IMG/VR virus record: IMGVR_UViG_3300012642_000011
Location: 352,001-416,000 of that record
DNA from: a virus
Length of the DNA stretch: 64,000 bases
Direction: 5' to 3' (one strand)
Shown here piece by piece: positions 1-9,190 of the stretch. The translations under genes and the position numbers were made by a program. The notes beneath the pieces are model-generated. The model did no database searches. It was not told the DNA's origin and saw nothing but the letters and a program-made list of their open reading frames with translations. Each line of letters opens with the position of its first letter. The first letter of the stretch is position 1.

Positions 1-1421
1 GCAGCAGCAAGTGTGAACATCTTGTAAGCAGAACCTGTACCTGTCCTGACAGAAGGAACATCGATAGTGGTCTTTCCGTCACCATCTCCGTATTCTCTGT
101 TCACATCAGCGGCAAGGATTCCACCTGTTCCGGGCTGGACGATAGCAGTAGGGGCAACGACACGATTCTCATAACCAAAGTCACTCTTCAGTCGATTGGT
201 TACCTTGTCCTGAACCTTAGGATCAAGATAAGTATGAATATGCAATCCGCCCTTATCAATGACAATAGCACGCTCTTCCTCAGTCTCTCCAAGACGAGGT
301 GAATTGCTCAATTCTTTAAGGACACGCTCACAATAAGACTCATACTCGGATGAGGTACAGTTTCCTGTAGAAGACTTCTTGTAGACAAGGTTCAACGGAG
401 TCGCATAAAACTCCTCAACCTTATCCTTGTCAATATGGCCCTCATCGGCCATTCTTGACAAGACCTCATTCTGACGTTCTTTAATCTTGATTGTTGTCTT
501 CTTCTGAGCCTCATCAATGTTTCCCTTCTCGATCTCCTTGTCGAGATACATTCTTGCCTGCTTAGAAGACTTTTCTACATAGATCTTAGAGTACTCGTTG
601 AAAACATCCTTGTTGACCTTGTTGAGATTTAGGCTAACTGGATTCTGCACAGTACCTACAAGGACTGCGGCTTCAGCCACATCAAGATCCTTGGCAGACT
701 TTCCAAAGAAGTACTTGGATGCTCCTTCAATGGAGTAAGTAGAGGGAGAGCCGAATGAAACAAGGTTCAAGTAGTTGAGAAGAATCTCATCCTTTGAGTG
801 GTTCTTCTCATAATCAAGAGAAAACTTCAACTCCTGAATCTTACGACTTAAAGTTGCCTCAATAGCCTTTTCCTTGTTTTTTCCAGCCATGTCATAGAAC
901 TGATAGTTCTTGATCAACTGCTGAGTAATACCAGATCCACCACCAGAACCACTAATGGCAGCACGTGCAGTTCCCACAGGGTCAAAACCACTGTGCTCAT
1001 AGAATCTCTTGTCCTCAGTGGAGATCAAAGCATTCTTTACGTTGTCACTCACCTTGTCGAGAGAATCAAGTACCACTCGATCCTGAGAATAGATTTCAGC
1101 GAAAGGCTCACCATTGATGTCATACATCACACTTCTCTGAGCAATGGTTGCATCAGGGAGACTTTCAGGAAGATTCTTATAACTCTCAACGCTCGGAGCA
1201 GCAATAGCCAAGGCAGGTGCCATCACGACAGATCCTGCTCCAAGTGCGGCAGTTCCAAAAACAAGACCTGCTGCGCCAAGAGTCAGCCATGTCTTCTTAG
1301 GAACACGCTTGTTAGCCACGGAATTGGGATCATACTCATCAGAGGGAAGACCCTTCTCCCCGAGCAATCCTGAGAGGTTAGTATCCTCTTCCTCTACTTT
1401 CCTGTCCTTGAAAAAACTCAC
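1..1421 (-). CDS. Class A penicillin-binding protein / GT51 peptidoglycan glycosyltransferase, N-terminal part (gene runs off the window start)
   Basis: Minus-strand frame is open from a GTG at 1419..1421 to position 1, with an AGGAAG RBS 6 nt upstream. Translation begins VSFFKDRKVEEED, has a TM anchor (WLTLGAAGLVFGTAALGAGSVVMAPALAIAA), then the GT51 motif ISTEDKRFYEHSGFDPVG (EDxxFxxHxG). The plus-strand ORF 993..1373 is its antisense shadow. Confidence 0.6.
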   Translation of the reverse strand, partial: MSFFKDRKVEEEDTNLSGLLGEKGLPSDEYDPNSVANKRVPKKTWLTLGAAGLVFGTAALGAGSVVMAPALAIAAPSVESYKNLPESLPDATIAQRSVMYDINGEPFAEIYSQDRVVLDSLDKVSDNVKNALISTEDKRFYEHSGFDPVGTARAAISGSGGGSGITQQLIKNYQFYDMAGKNKEKAIEATLSRKIQELKFSLDYEKNHSKDEILLNYLNLVSFGSPSTYSIEGASKYFFGKSAKDLDVAEAAVLVGTVQNPVSLNLNKVNKDVFNEYSKIYVEKSSKQARMYLDKEIEKGNIDEAQKKTTIKIKERQNEVLSRMADEGHIDKDKVEEFYATPLNLVYKKSSTGNCTSSEYESYCERVLKELSNSPRLGETEEERAIVIDKGGLHIHTYLDPKVQDKVTNRLKSDFGYENRVVAPTAIVQPGTGGILAADVNREYGDGDGKTTIDVPSVRTGTGSAYKMFTLAA

Positions 1422-1494
1422 TATTTCTTCCTAACTCTACGGTCTGGTTTGTACCTATGATAGCAAAGAGATCAGAAGAACACAAGTTGAATCA

Positions 1495-2211
1495 TTAGTC
1501 TTTGCTGAACATGTCTAACAAATCAGAGTCCTTCTTGTCTTCCAACACGATTACTGAATCCTTGAAAATCTCCTGAAGAATATCCTCTGCCCCTTCAATG
1601 TTTCCACAGAACTCATGGAAATCAATAGAAGATGAAACAATCAGGAATAATTCATTACTATAGATATGTTCAATCAATCTCTTCATAAAAGAAAGTTCTC
1701 TTGGATCGTAATGATCTCTAATCACGCCTGTAAGGACGTAGACTCTTTTATTCTTTGCGAAAAGTTTATCAACTTCTTTCTTACCCTCAAAACCTGATTT
1801 GGACAGGGCAGAAAGAGACTCTTCGTTAACAAAAGCAAAGTTCTCAAACCTCGCTCTGCCACCACTGACAAATCTTCTCCCGAGAGCATAACATATATCC
1901 ATCATCTCTGTTGTTGACCCATGACAGATGTAGACAGATGACACGCCTTTTTCATCTATGAGATCTTTGATCCTTTGCGCATTCTCTTCAGGTAGATTAT
2001 TGACTGTTACTTTTGACCATCTTTGTGGCACGCTTCGCACCCACTCCATCAAAGACTCTTTTCGTCTCTGTTTCTCAATGTCCCTGTTGACCTTGCCAAC
2101 ACCGCGCCTGATAGACTCTTTGACCTCTTTGAAAGACTCATAATCAGTCTCATTGTGGTTTACTGCCATCCTTCTTTCAGATACTCTGATTTCTGAGAGA
2201 TCCTTTGTCAT
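1495..2211 (-). CDS. Hypothetical protein (238 aa)
   Basis: Intact ORF, stop/start overlap with the upstream ORF. No motif I can name confidently. Confidence 0.4.
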   Translation of the reverse strand: MTKDLSEIRVSERRMAVNHNETDYESFKEVKESIRRGVGKVNRDIEKQRRKESLMEWVRSVPQRWSKVTVNNLPEENAQRIKDLIDEKGVSSVYICHGSTTEMMDICYALGRRFVSGGRARFENFAFVNEESLSALSKSGFEGKKEVDKLFAKNKRVYVLTGVIRDHYDPRELSFMKRLIEHIYSNELFLIVSSSIDFHEFCGNIEGAEDILQEIFKDSVIVLEDKKDSDLLDMFSKD

Positions 2212-2675
2212 GACGCCTTCCTCCTTCTATTGCGCGGGGATGCAGAATGTGATTCAGGAGACACTCCTGAAGTTGATCTTTTCTTAACATTTCTTGTTCG
2301 CTGAGTTGGCTTTTTATTCCTACTCCTCATTTGATCTAAAGATGATAGTGTATACTGATTGATGTCTCTCCTGTGATCAACAGCAAGATCAATCATCTCC
2401 ACTAACTTCCTCTCACTCCAATCCCCATTAAGCACCATAATCCTATACGTGTTCTTTACATCTGCCATGAATCGAGCAATCTCAGATTGAGACTTTTTAC
2501 TGAAGAGTTTCCTATACTTCTTAGCCGGTTCTTCGTTCTGGATATAAGTAAGAAATAAAGATAAGAAAGCATTCACCTTGTCTTCTGTTTCAGACTTCTT
2601 GAGAGCAGAAGCAATCTTATCATCTTCATCCAGACGCATAACATCTAGTAATCCATTAAAATCTGTCTGTGTCAT
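2208..2675 (-). CDS. Hypothetical protein with basic C-terminus, directly downstream of dnaB
   Basis: ORF overlaps the DnaB stop (ATGA-type coupling). Arg/Lys-rich tail. A helicase loader or partner role is only positional speculation. Confidence 0.35.
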   Translation of the reverse strand: MTQTDFNGLLDVMRLDEDDKIASALKKSETEDKVNAFLSLFLTYIQNEEPAKKYRKLFSKKSQSEIARFMADVKNTYRIMVLNGDWSERKLVEMIDLAVDHRRDINQYTLSSLDQMRSRNKKPTQRTRNVKKRSTSGVSPESHSASPRNRRRKAS

Positions 2676-4147
2676 AGGAAATCACTCACATCGTCATCAT
2701 CGAAATCGAAATCTTCAAAATCACTGCCCTCATCTCCTGCACTTTCTTCAATCTCTTCATCAATGTTATCAATCGAATCCTCTGTTTTAATCTCATCAAA
2801 TCGAGAATATTGGAGATTGGAATGACAATGGATGAATTTCTGCGATTCACCATCTCTGTTCTTTGCAAGGATGACTGTTGTCTTTGGTGTTGACCCATCC
2901 TTTGAAGGCTCTCTATGGAGAAGAATAACGATATCAGAATCCTGTCCCAAAGATCCAGACTCACGAATGTCATCAATCTTTGGCAGTTTATCCTCTTCTT
3001 CACTTTCGTTGCCGCTTGATCTCTTCAACTGAGCGAGCACCATCACAGGAACGCCAAGACTCTTTGCAATCAACTTCATATCTCTAGAGATTTCAGCAAC
3101 CTGTTCCTGACGGCTTCCATGTTTGCCTTTAGGTGTGATCAACTGAAGATAATCAATGATCACCATGTCTAATCCTGCCTCAGACTGTGCTTGACGATCA
3201 CAACGCGCACGAATGGAATCAGTAGTCAACTTCTCATCCGTATCAATTTTAATCTTCATGTCTTTAAATCGCTCAAGAGCAACGTCCAAGTTCTCTTGAT
3301 CTTCCTCATCAATATTTCCACTCTTCAAATTGTTCAAGGAAACGTTTGAAAGGCAAGAAACAATCCTGTCAACAATGGACGCATGTCCCATCTCCAATGA
3401 GAAGAAGAGAACAGATTTTCCTGCCGATGCAGCGCTCACGGCAGACATGACAGCAAAAACGGACTTACCAACACCAGTACGAGCACCCACTGTAATCAAC
3501 TGGCTATCTTGCCAGCCTCGCGTGTACTTGTCTAAAGTGTCTAACCACGAGGGGATTCCTTGCAACCCATTGGCAAGTTCCTTGTTCTCCTCTGCCTTGA
3601 TCTTCCTATCCTCAAGTATTTCATTGTAATTCTCAAGATACTCAGACAAGTCGGTTGTTGTAGCATTATCAGAAAGACTGATCAATTCCGTGTTGAAACT
3701 GCTCATCATACCAGAGATGGTCTCAGATGCTGTCACTCCTGAATCAAGCGAAAGGAAATCTTTGTTTTCCTCAAGTACCTTTTTGATTCTATTCTTTGTG
3801 GCGAACTCACTGACGACAGAAGAAAGTCTTTCTATTGTTGACTTTGTAGCGTACTCTTCGCCCTCGCTAGTCAATGAGTAAATTGCTGAAATACCACCAA
3901 TGGTTTCAAGATTGTTGGATCTTGCAAGTTCTTGGCTAACAGTATACTGGTTGATGTCACTGTCTGTTCTGGACAACTGGAAAATAGCATAGAAAATACT
4001 CTCCATGACTGGATCTTCGAAGTCTTCATAACTGACAATCTCAAGAGCTCTTTTAGATTCACTGCTATCATAGAGTAAAGACGCAACCAACTGTCTCTGC
4101 GCCAAATCATACAACTCTTTAGATTTGTCAGTCATCTCCAAAACCAC
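2672..4147 (-). CDS. dnaB: Replicative DNA helicase DnaB family
   Basis: Walker A GARTGVGKSVFA and Walker B VIIDYLQLI. The RecA-fold C-terminal domain carries the typical LAQLKRS arginine-finger region. The C-terminus is an acidic tail ending DFEDFDFDDDDVSDFL. Confidence 0.85.
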   Translation of the reverse strand: MVLEMTDKSKELYDLAQRQLVASLLYDSSESKRALEIVSYEDFEDPVMESIFYAIFQLSRTDSDINQYTVSQELARSNNLETIGGISAIYSLTSEGEEYATKSTIERLSSVVSEFATKNRIKKVLEENKDFLSLDSGVTASETISGMMSSFNTELISLSDNATTTDLSEYLENYNEILEDRKIKAEENKELANGLQGIPSWLDTLDKYTRGWQDSQLITVGARTGVGKSVFAVMSAVSAASAGKSVLFFSLEMGHASIVDRIVSCLSNVSLNNLKSGNIDEEDQENLDVALERFKDMKIKIDTDEKLTTDSIRARCDRQAQSEAGLDMVIIDYLQLITPKGKHGSRQEQVAEISRDMKLIAKSLGVPVMVLAQLKRSSGNESEEEDKLPKIDDIRESGSLGQDSDIVILLHREPSKDGSTPKTTVILAKNRDGESQKFIHCHSNLQYSRFDEIKTEDSIDNIDEEIEESAGDEGSDFEDFDFDDDDVSDFL

Positions 4148-4209
4148 CCCTATAAAAATTCTTCCGATTGAGATTCTATCAAAATCGCCGTCTGATCAGT
4201 TACTGTCTT

Positions 4210-5601
4210 TTAATCCTTGATGCTCTTGTTAGCGCTCTCACGCGCCTTATATGAAGCACCATGAACACCCTGATACAATCTTGTGATGCTCATCATCTGG
4301 TTGTTGAAGAACTCTTTCATCTTTTCTCTAATCTCATCTTCTCTGATACTAGAAATAGCCCGCTTCTGACTATCCATGAGTTTCATCACGTAAGGTGCAG
4401 CCTCTGATGACCTGTCTGCTCTTGCCAAGAATGTCAATACTTTGGCAAAATTATTGATTGACTTTGGATCAACTGAATTCTGTTCAGCATAGCGAAGAAC
4501 ATCATTGACCTCACTATGTGACAATGTTCCCCAACCATCAAAGGATTGGGGATCTGCAAATATTTCGGAGACGTTGATCCTTGACTCAAGATTATTTCTT
4601 TTCAGCCATCCCCTAAAGACACTAGCAGCCTTGATTCCAATAAGCCCCACAGCAGCATTATCCTCAATCATGGGGTCTGTTGTCTGCATAGAGGAAAGCA
4701 CTTTAATCAGATTATCCCAACTTCTTCTTGACGGCCATGCATACTGCATCACAGTCATAGATACATCGTCATTTATATCCCCCATCCCCATCATTGCAGC
4801 CATGCCGTCAATACTGGAATTGGACACTTGACGTGAGTTACCTTTCATCCTATCATTTAATGTTGAACCACTTACCGATTTACCATCATCTATAGTCCCA
4901 TCCATATTGTGTAGCCATCCAGGATTCTCCTTAATGAAGTCGTGAACAATCTGCCTCCATCTTTTCTCTTCATCAGAAAGTTGATCACCCTTTCCCCAAT
5001 TATCAATCATTCCCGATAACCATGATTCCACTGTTGGCTTCCACGCAATGAACATCATTCTGTTCACTGTTGCCTTATCCATCTCATAACCATCTGCTGC
5101 TGAAGACGTTGGGTTCATTGCCCCTACTAAAATCGTCTCCTCAGGAAGATAATCACCATTGGGAAATTGCCTGTCTTGGAAGAAGGAAAGCAATGATGCA
5201 CGCACTGATGGCGGTGTGTTGGAGAATTCATCAACGAAAACCATGACTCTCTTTTTCTCCATCACTATCCACTGCCAATATTGTGGAGCATATGCAGTCA
5301 TGATTCCTATTTTTTCGCCACTCTCATTGATAACGTCTTCTTTCGTAGGGAAACCAGAGATATCCTGTGGCTCCATTCTTGACGGCACAATAATGATCAA
5401 AAAATACCCTAAACGTTCTGCCAGTGCTTTAACCATAGCCGTCTTTGATGTTGCAGGATCGCCCACAAGCATAGGCATGATTCGGGCGCGCATGGCCGCT
5501 TCCATAGTGTGATAGGCTACAAAGTCTGTTTCTTTTAATGATACCATTGTCTTCCTTAAAATAAATAACTCTCCCAGAGTTATATCTGGGAGAGTTATCA
5601 A
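4210..5601 (-). CDS. AAA+ ATPase, AAA_5 / MoxR-NorQ-CbbQ-like
   Basis: Walker A LVGDPATSKTAMV, Walker B MVFVDEF, sensor-1 VGAMNPT. Paired with the VWA gene two ORFs upstream. Confidence 0.7.
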   Translation of the reverse strand: MITLPDITLGELFILRKTMVSLKETDFVAYHTMEAAMRARIMPMLVGDPATSKTAMVKALAERLGYFLIIIVPSRMEPQDISGFPTKEDVINESGEKIGIMTAYAPQYWQWIVMEKKRVMVFVDEFSNTPPSVRASLLSFFQDRQFPNGDYLPEETILVGAMNPTSSAADGYEMDKATVNRMMFIAWKPTVESWLSGMIDNWGKGDQLSDEEKRWRQIVHDFIKENPGWLHNMDGTIDDGKSVSGSTLNDRMKGNSRQVSNSSIDGMAAMMGMGDINDDVSMTVMQYAWPSRRSWDNLIKVLSSMQTTDPMIEDNAAVGLIGIKAASVFRGWLKRNNLESRINVSEIFADPQSFDGWGTLSHSEVNDVLRYAEQNSVDPKSINNFAKVLTFLARADRSSEAAPYVMKLMDSQKRAISSIREDEIREKMKEFFNNQMMSITRLYQGVHGASYKARESANKSIKD

Positions 5602-5619
5602 TTGGATGTTAGAAGATCA

Positions 5620-6783
5620 TCACTTCTTTGACTCAGGAGCCTTGATGGAAACAGTTTCCGTTTCCTCAACGGCAGCAAGATCCTCATCGATATCATCATT
5701 CAAATCAACTTCAAGGTTCTGAGAATCAAAACCACCTTCCTTCATGTTTTCACGAGCAGTTCTCATCATCCTATCAATGACATCGGGGTTTTCTGAGAGG
5801 AATGTCTCAGCCTCTGCCCTTGACTTACCGATGATTTCACCTGTCTCAGCGTCAATATAAGTCCTATTGTTCGGTCTCTGAATAACTCCGAACTTATCCC
5901 CAACTGTAAGAAGTTCTGCTACTCTATCCAGTCCTGACCCGAACCTGATAACTGTAGAACCCTTGGCACCGGGAGGTGCAATCTTGTTCTTCTTGACCTC
6001 GAACGTCAACTTTGATGCAGATGCTGCAGATTCATTGTTTCCTGAACGCTCTTCAATCTTCGACCTCTTAATTTCAATTCTCTGTGAAGCATAGAACTTC
6101 GTTGCCTTACCACCGGGAGTCGTCTGTGGTGTACCATAAGGAGAGAATCCACCAATCTGATCACGAGTCTGGTTGATCAAAATAAAAGTTGTTCCTGTCT
6201 GACTGGCGAGACCAATCAACTTTCTCAATCCCGCAGAGAGTTTACGAGCAAGAAGCCCAACAGTGATATCTTCTGCACCGCCTTCAAGTTCAGCAAGTGG
6301 AACCATAGCAGCAATAGAGTCCAAGACAACAAGTTTAAGCATGCCGTCTTCAGCAAGTTGACACATGAGATCAATTGCCTTTTCAGCATAAGAAGGCTGT
6401 GCATAAACCAATTTATCCATATCTACGCCCAATTTCGCAGCATAACTGGGATCAAGGGCATATTCCATGTCAATGAAACCCGCATAACCACCATTCTTAT
6501 GGACTTCAGCAATGGATGTCAAAGCGAACGTCGTCTTACCTGAGGATTCTGGCCCAAAGATCTCAATAACTCTGCCTACAGGGATTCCACCGCCCAAAGC
6601 ATTGTCCAGAACCATTGATCCTGTGCTTATAGTGGGAACATTCTTAGGCTTATCGCTCATAAGCATGATGCCAGAACTTTTGAAAACGCTCTTATCGTTG
6701 CTAAACGATTGTACATAATCCTGAATATTCTTTTCAATTTCACTTTTTGCTACCATTTGACATTCTCCTTTTATTTCTGGCAT
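5620..6783 (-). CDS. recA: Recombinase RecA
   Basis: GPESSGKTT Walker A, LVVLDSIAAM Walker B, and the TTPGGKATKFYASQRIEIKR L2 region. Overall collinear with RecA. The C-terminus is an acidic extension. Confidence 0.9.
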   Translation of the reverse strand: MPEIKGECQMVAKSEIEKNIQDYVQSFSNDKSVFKSSGIMLMSDKPKNVPTISTGSMVLDNALGGGIPVGRVIEIFGPESSGKTTFALTSIAEVHKNGGYAGFIDMEYALDPSYAAKLGVDMDKLVYAQPSYAEKAIDLMCQLAEDGMLKLVVLDSIAAMVPLAELEGGAEDITVGLLARKLSAGLRKLIGLASQTGTTFILINQTRDQIGGFSPYGTPQTTPGGKATKFYASQRIEIKRSKIEERSGNNESAASASKLTFEVKKNKIAPPGAKGSTVIRFGSGLDRVAELLTVGDKFGVIQRPNNRTYIDAETGEIIGKSRAEAETFLSENPDVIDRMMRTARENMKEGGFDSQNLEVDLNDDIDEDLAAVEETETVSIKAPESKK

Positions 6784-6853
6784 CTATACGTTAAAGTATT
6801 TCTTATCTCTTCGGACTCTGCCGACACAAGTCTATTTTAACTAAAGGCTGTTT

Positions 6854-8449
6854 CTAAAACTCAGAGAGTTGCAAAATTTTTATCAATCCTTTAATTCCTT
6901 CGGGAACAAGGTTGTCTTTTTCAGATATGACAAGCATTACATAAACGATTTGAGGGTTAGCGCTTACTATGTCAGCGATCTTCTGCCAATCATCTCCCCC
7001 GAGTTCGGCATCTGTGGCAAGTACGAAAACATCAGGCTGATCTTTACGAGGCAGTTCTGTCACATACCTATACCCTACAGACATCGTGGTGCCACCACCG
7101 ATACTCAAGTCAAGTTCTTTAAACGACCTTACTTTTCTGATCTGAGAAACAGAAGTTGATACCGCGAAAAAACTCATGTTCCTTCTTGTCTTGAAAGCCT
7201 TTGCAACAATTCCTTCTGCCTCAGATACAGCGGCCTCAATTTTCTCTGTCCCCATGGAACCAGAGATATCAGTTGCAAACATCAAAGTAGGCTCATAGGA
7301 GATTCTACCTGGCATGATGAAATCACCCTGTGACCTTCTGTTCACTCTCTTGTAAGAAAGGTGCTCATGACCTGATTTTGCTTCTGTGTAAGCCTGACTG
7401 ATCAGACGAGCAAACTCTTTTGTCCAATCCATCTTCGGCGCTGTGATATTAGCCACCATTGCCGCCAAAGCATCACTGACATTCTCGCTATATCCAGAAG
7501 AAGATTTGATTTCCTCTTCAATCCTTTGTATTGCAGATGAAATTGCATTAATCTGCTCTACTGATCCTGCCTTTTCAATACCTGCTTCATCAGCATGATG
7601 CTTTCTTTCATCATTCAGTTGGTCGCATTCATATCCTGCTTCAGAAGACTCTGCATAGCCTTCTGAAGCGTTAGAACCACTTGACCCTGACTCTGATCCT
7701 TCACCGTCTCCACTGCTCTCAGAATCGCTCTCAGCGCCCTCTCCGGCCCCTTCTCCTTCTTGGTTACCATCTCCCTCTTGGCTTTCATCACCATCACTAG
7801 AACTGTCCTCAGAGGAACTTCCCTCATCACCATCTTCCTCTATTTTGTTCTCTGTCTCATAGTAATCTTCTGAGTCAGACTCGCCCTCATTGACAGTTGC
7901 ATTTTCTTCCTCTTCTATCTCCTGATCTTCATCCTGTTCTTGTTCATCATAGTCATGAGGTTCATCTGTGATCTCAATGTCGTCAGGATTTCTTTTCTTC
8001 TTCGCATTTAATTTCTTTAAATAATATTCCATAGACTTTCGGGGAGCAAGTCCATATCTTTTGGGCGTTAAGATTCCTTGAGGTGCCTTTATCACAGTAA
8101 GTTTCATGGAATCCAACAATGTGGTGTTGATTTCAAGGTCTGCACTAATTTGAGCATCATCCAATTCGTACTCTTGGGTTCTAATCACATGGGCATTAAG
8201 CACATGCAATGCTTCATGTGTGACAACAAACGCTCTTTCTGCTGGCGTGGTTTTAGTGAAAAACCAATCGCTCAATCCCACTCTGATGTCAGCATCCACA
8301 TAGGCTGTTTTAGCAGTAGAGTCATAGAAAGGACGCATGGAAAGGAATATATCAATCAGGTGAGGCATCTCTGACTGTGCAAGGACGATAGCCCCATAGA
8401 AGGTCTCTTTCTCTTCTGGTGTCAAGTGTCTAATAAAATTCTTCTTCAT
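6854..8449 (-). CDS. VWA-domain protein with N-terminal HExxH putative metallopeptidase domain (DUF2201-like architecture), partner of the AAA_5 ATPase
   Basis: The HExxH motif sits in VVTHEALHVLNAH. The C-terminal VWA MIDAS motif is ATDISGSMG. A roughly 130-aa D/E/S/G low-complexity linker separates the two domains. Confidence 0.65.
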   Translation of the reverse strand: MKKNFIRHLTPEEKETFYGAIVLAQSEMPHLIDIFLSMRPFYDSTAKTAYVDADIRVGLSDWFFTKTTPAERAFVVTHEALHVLNAHVIRTQEYELDDAQISADLEINTTLLDSMKLTVIKAPQGILTPKRYGLAPRKSMEYYLKKLNAKKKRNPDDIEITDEPHDYDEQEQDEDQEIEEEENATVNEGESDSEDYYETENKIEEDGDEGSSSEDSSSDGDESQEGDGNQEGEGAGEGAESDSESSGDGEGSESGSSGSNASEGYAESSEAGYECDQLNDERKHHADEAGIEKAGSVEQINAISSAIQRIEEEIKSSSGYSENVSDALAAMVANITAPKMDWTKEFARLISQAYTEAKSGHEHLSYKRVNRRSQGDFIMPGRISYEPTLMFATDISGSMGTEKIEAAVSEAEGIVAKAFKTRRNMSFFAVSTSVSQIRKVRSFKELDLSIGGGTTMSVGYRYVTELPRKDQPDVFVLATDAELGGDDWQKIADIVSANPQIVYVMLVISEKDNLVPEGIKGLIKILQLSEF

Positions 8450-8454
8450 ACCTT

Positions 8455-8517
8455 ATAATAACAGAAAACAAATGTGGCCGTTGCTAACAATCAGATTGAT
8501 TATCAGCAACGGCCACA
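8455..8517 (-). terminator. Rho-independent terminator after the HNH gene
   Basis: Perfect 14-bp inverted repeat atgtggccgttgct / agcaacggccacat (8471..8484 and 8504..8517), followed on the minus strand by TTTGTTTTCTGTTATT. Confidence 0.5.
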
Positions 8518-8528
8518 TGATTCATGGA

Positions 8529-9143
8529 TTACATTGAGGCTGCACTGCCCTCCATGATAGCAGTGTAGATCAACTCTTCAAGACCGTCAACACTGGAAGG
8601 AGATGTCTCTACGTATCCTGGTGTGATGACAGGAGACTTGAATCCAACTTCCTCAGGAGTCTTGTCAGACTTCTTAGAGTTGCAAGCCTTGCAAGCGATC
8701 ACAAGGTTTCCCCAAGTGTTTGGGTTCTTTCCCTGCTTGATCAACTTGGACTTAGGCACAACGTGGTCAAGGGTGTCACCATAACCATTGCAGTACCTAC
8801 ACACCTTACCGTCCCTCTTCAAGATCTCATTCTTGTTAGAAGGAGAATCAAGTTCCCTCTTCTTCTTGTTTGAGTGATTTGGGCGAGAATAACGTGTCTG
8901 GCATACCACGAGAGGCCATGAGAACTCAAGATGAGCACTACGAATCAGGCTGTTATCTTCACGTGGCAGGATGACATATGCTTCATTTCTGCTTAGCAGT
9001 GTCGCTACATCCTTCCATGACTTCTTCTCAATCACCTGAAATGAGGGATTGACGATAACAGCAATGTCCTTAGTGATTCTCTTGTTTAACTCAATTAAGC
9101 TCTCCATCGGTATCTTCCTTGTGTTCATTGAAAGCACATACAA
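8529..9143 (-). CDS. HNH endonuclease
   Basis: CRYCNGYGDTLDHVVP ... NLVIACKACNSKKSD, a His-Me finger with a CxxC...CxxC zinc site. Confidence 0.75.
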   Translation of the reverse strand: MYVLSMNTRKIPMESLIELNKRITKDIAVIVNPSFQVIEKKSWKDVATLLSRNEAYVILPREDNSLIRSAHLEFSWPLVVCQTRYSRPNHSNKKKRELDSPSNKNEILKRDGKVCRYCNGYGDTLDHVVPKSKLIKQGKNPNTWGNLVIACKACNSKKSDKTPEEVGFKSPVITPGYVETSPSSVDGLEELIYTAIMEGSAASM

Positions 9144-9190
9144 GGTGCCTGTGGGTTCTTCTGTGACCCCACCGAGGTAAAGTATACCAC

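Noticed and set aside
993-1373. The plus-strand ORFs in the six-frame track (for example 993..1373, 9626..10273, 49109..49747, 28299..28850)
   Set aside because: They lie antisense inside long, motif-rich minus-strand genes and show low-complexity, stop-avoiding shadow composition. None has a recognisable domain.
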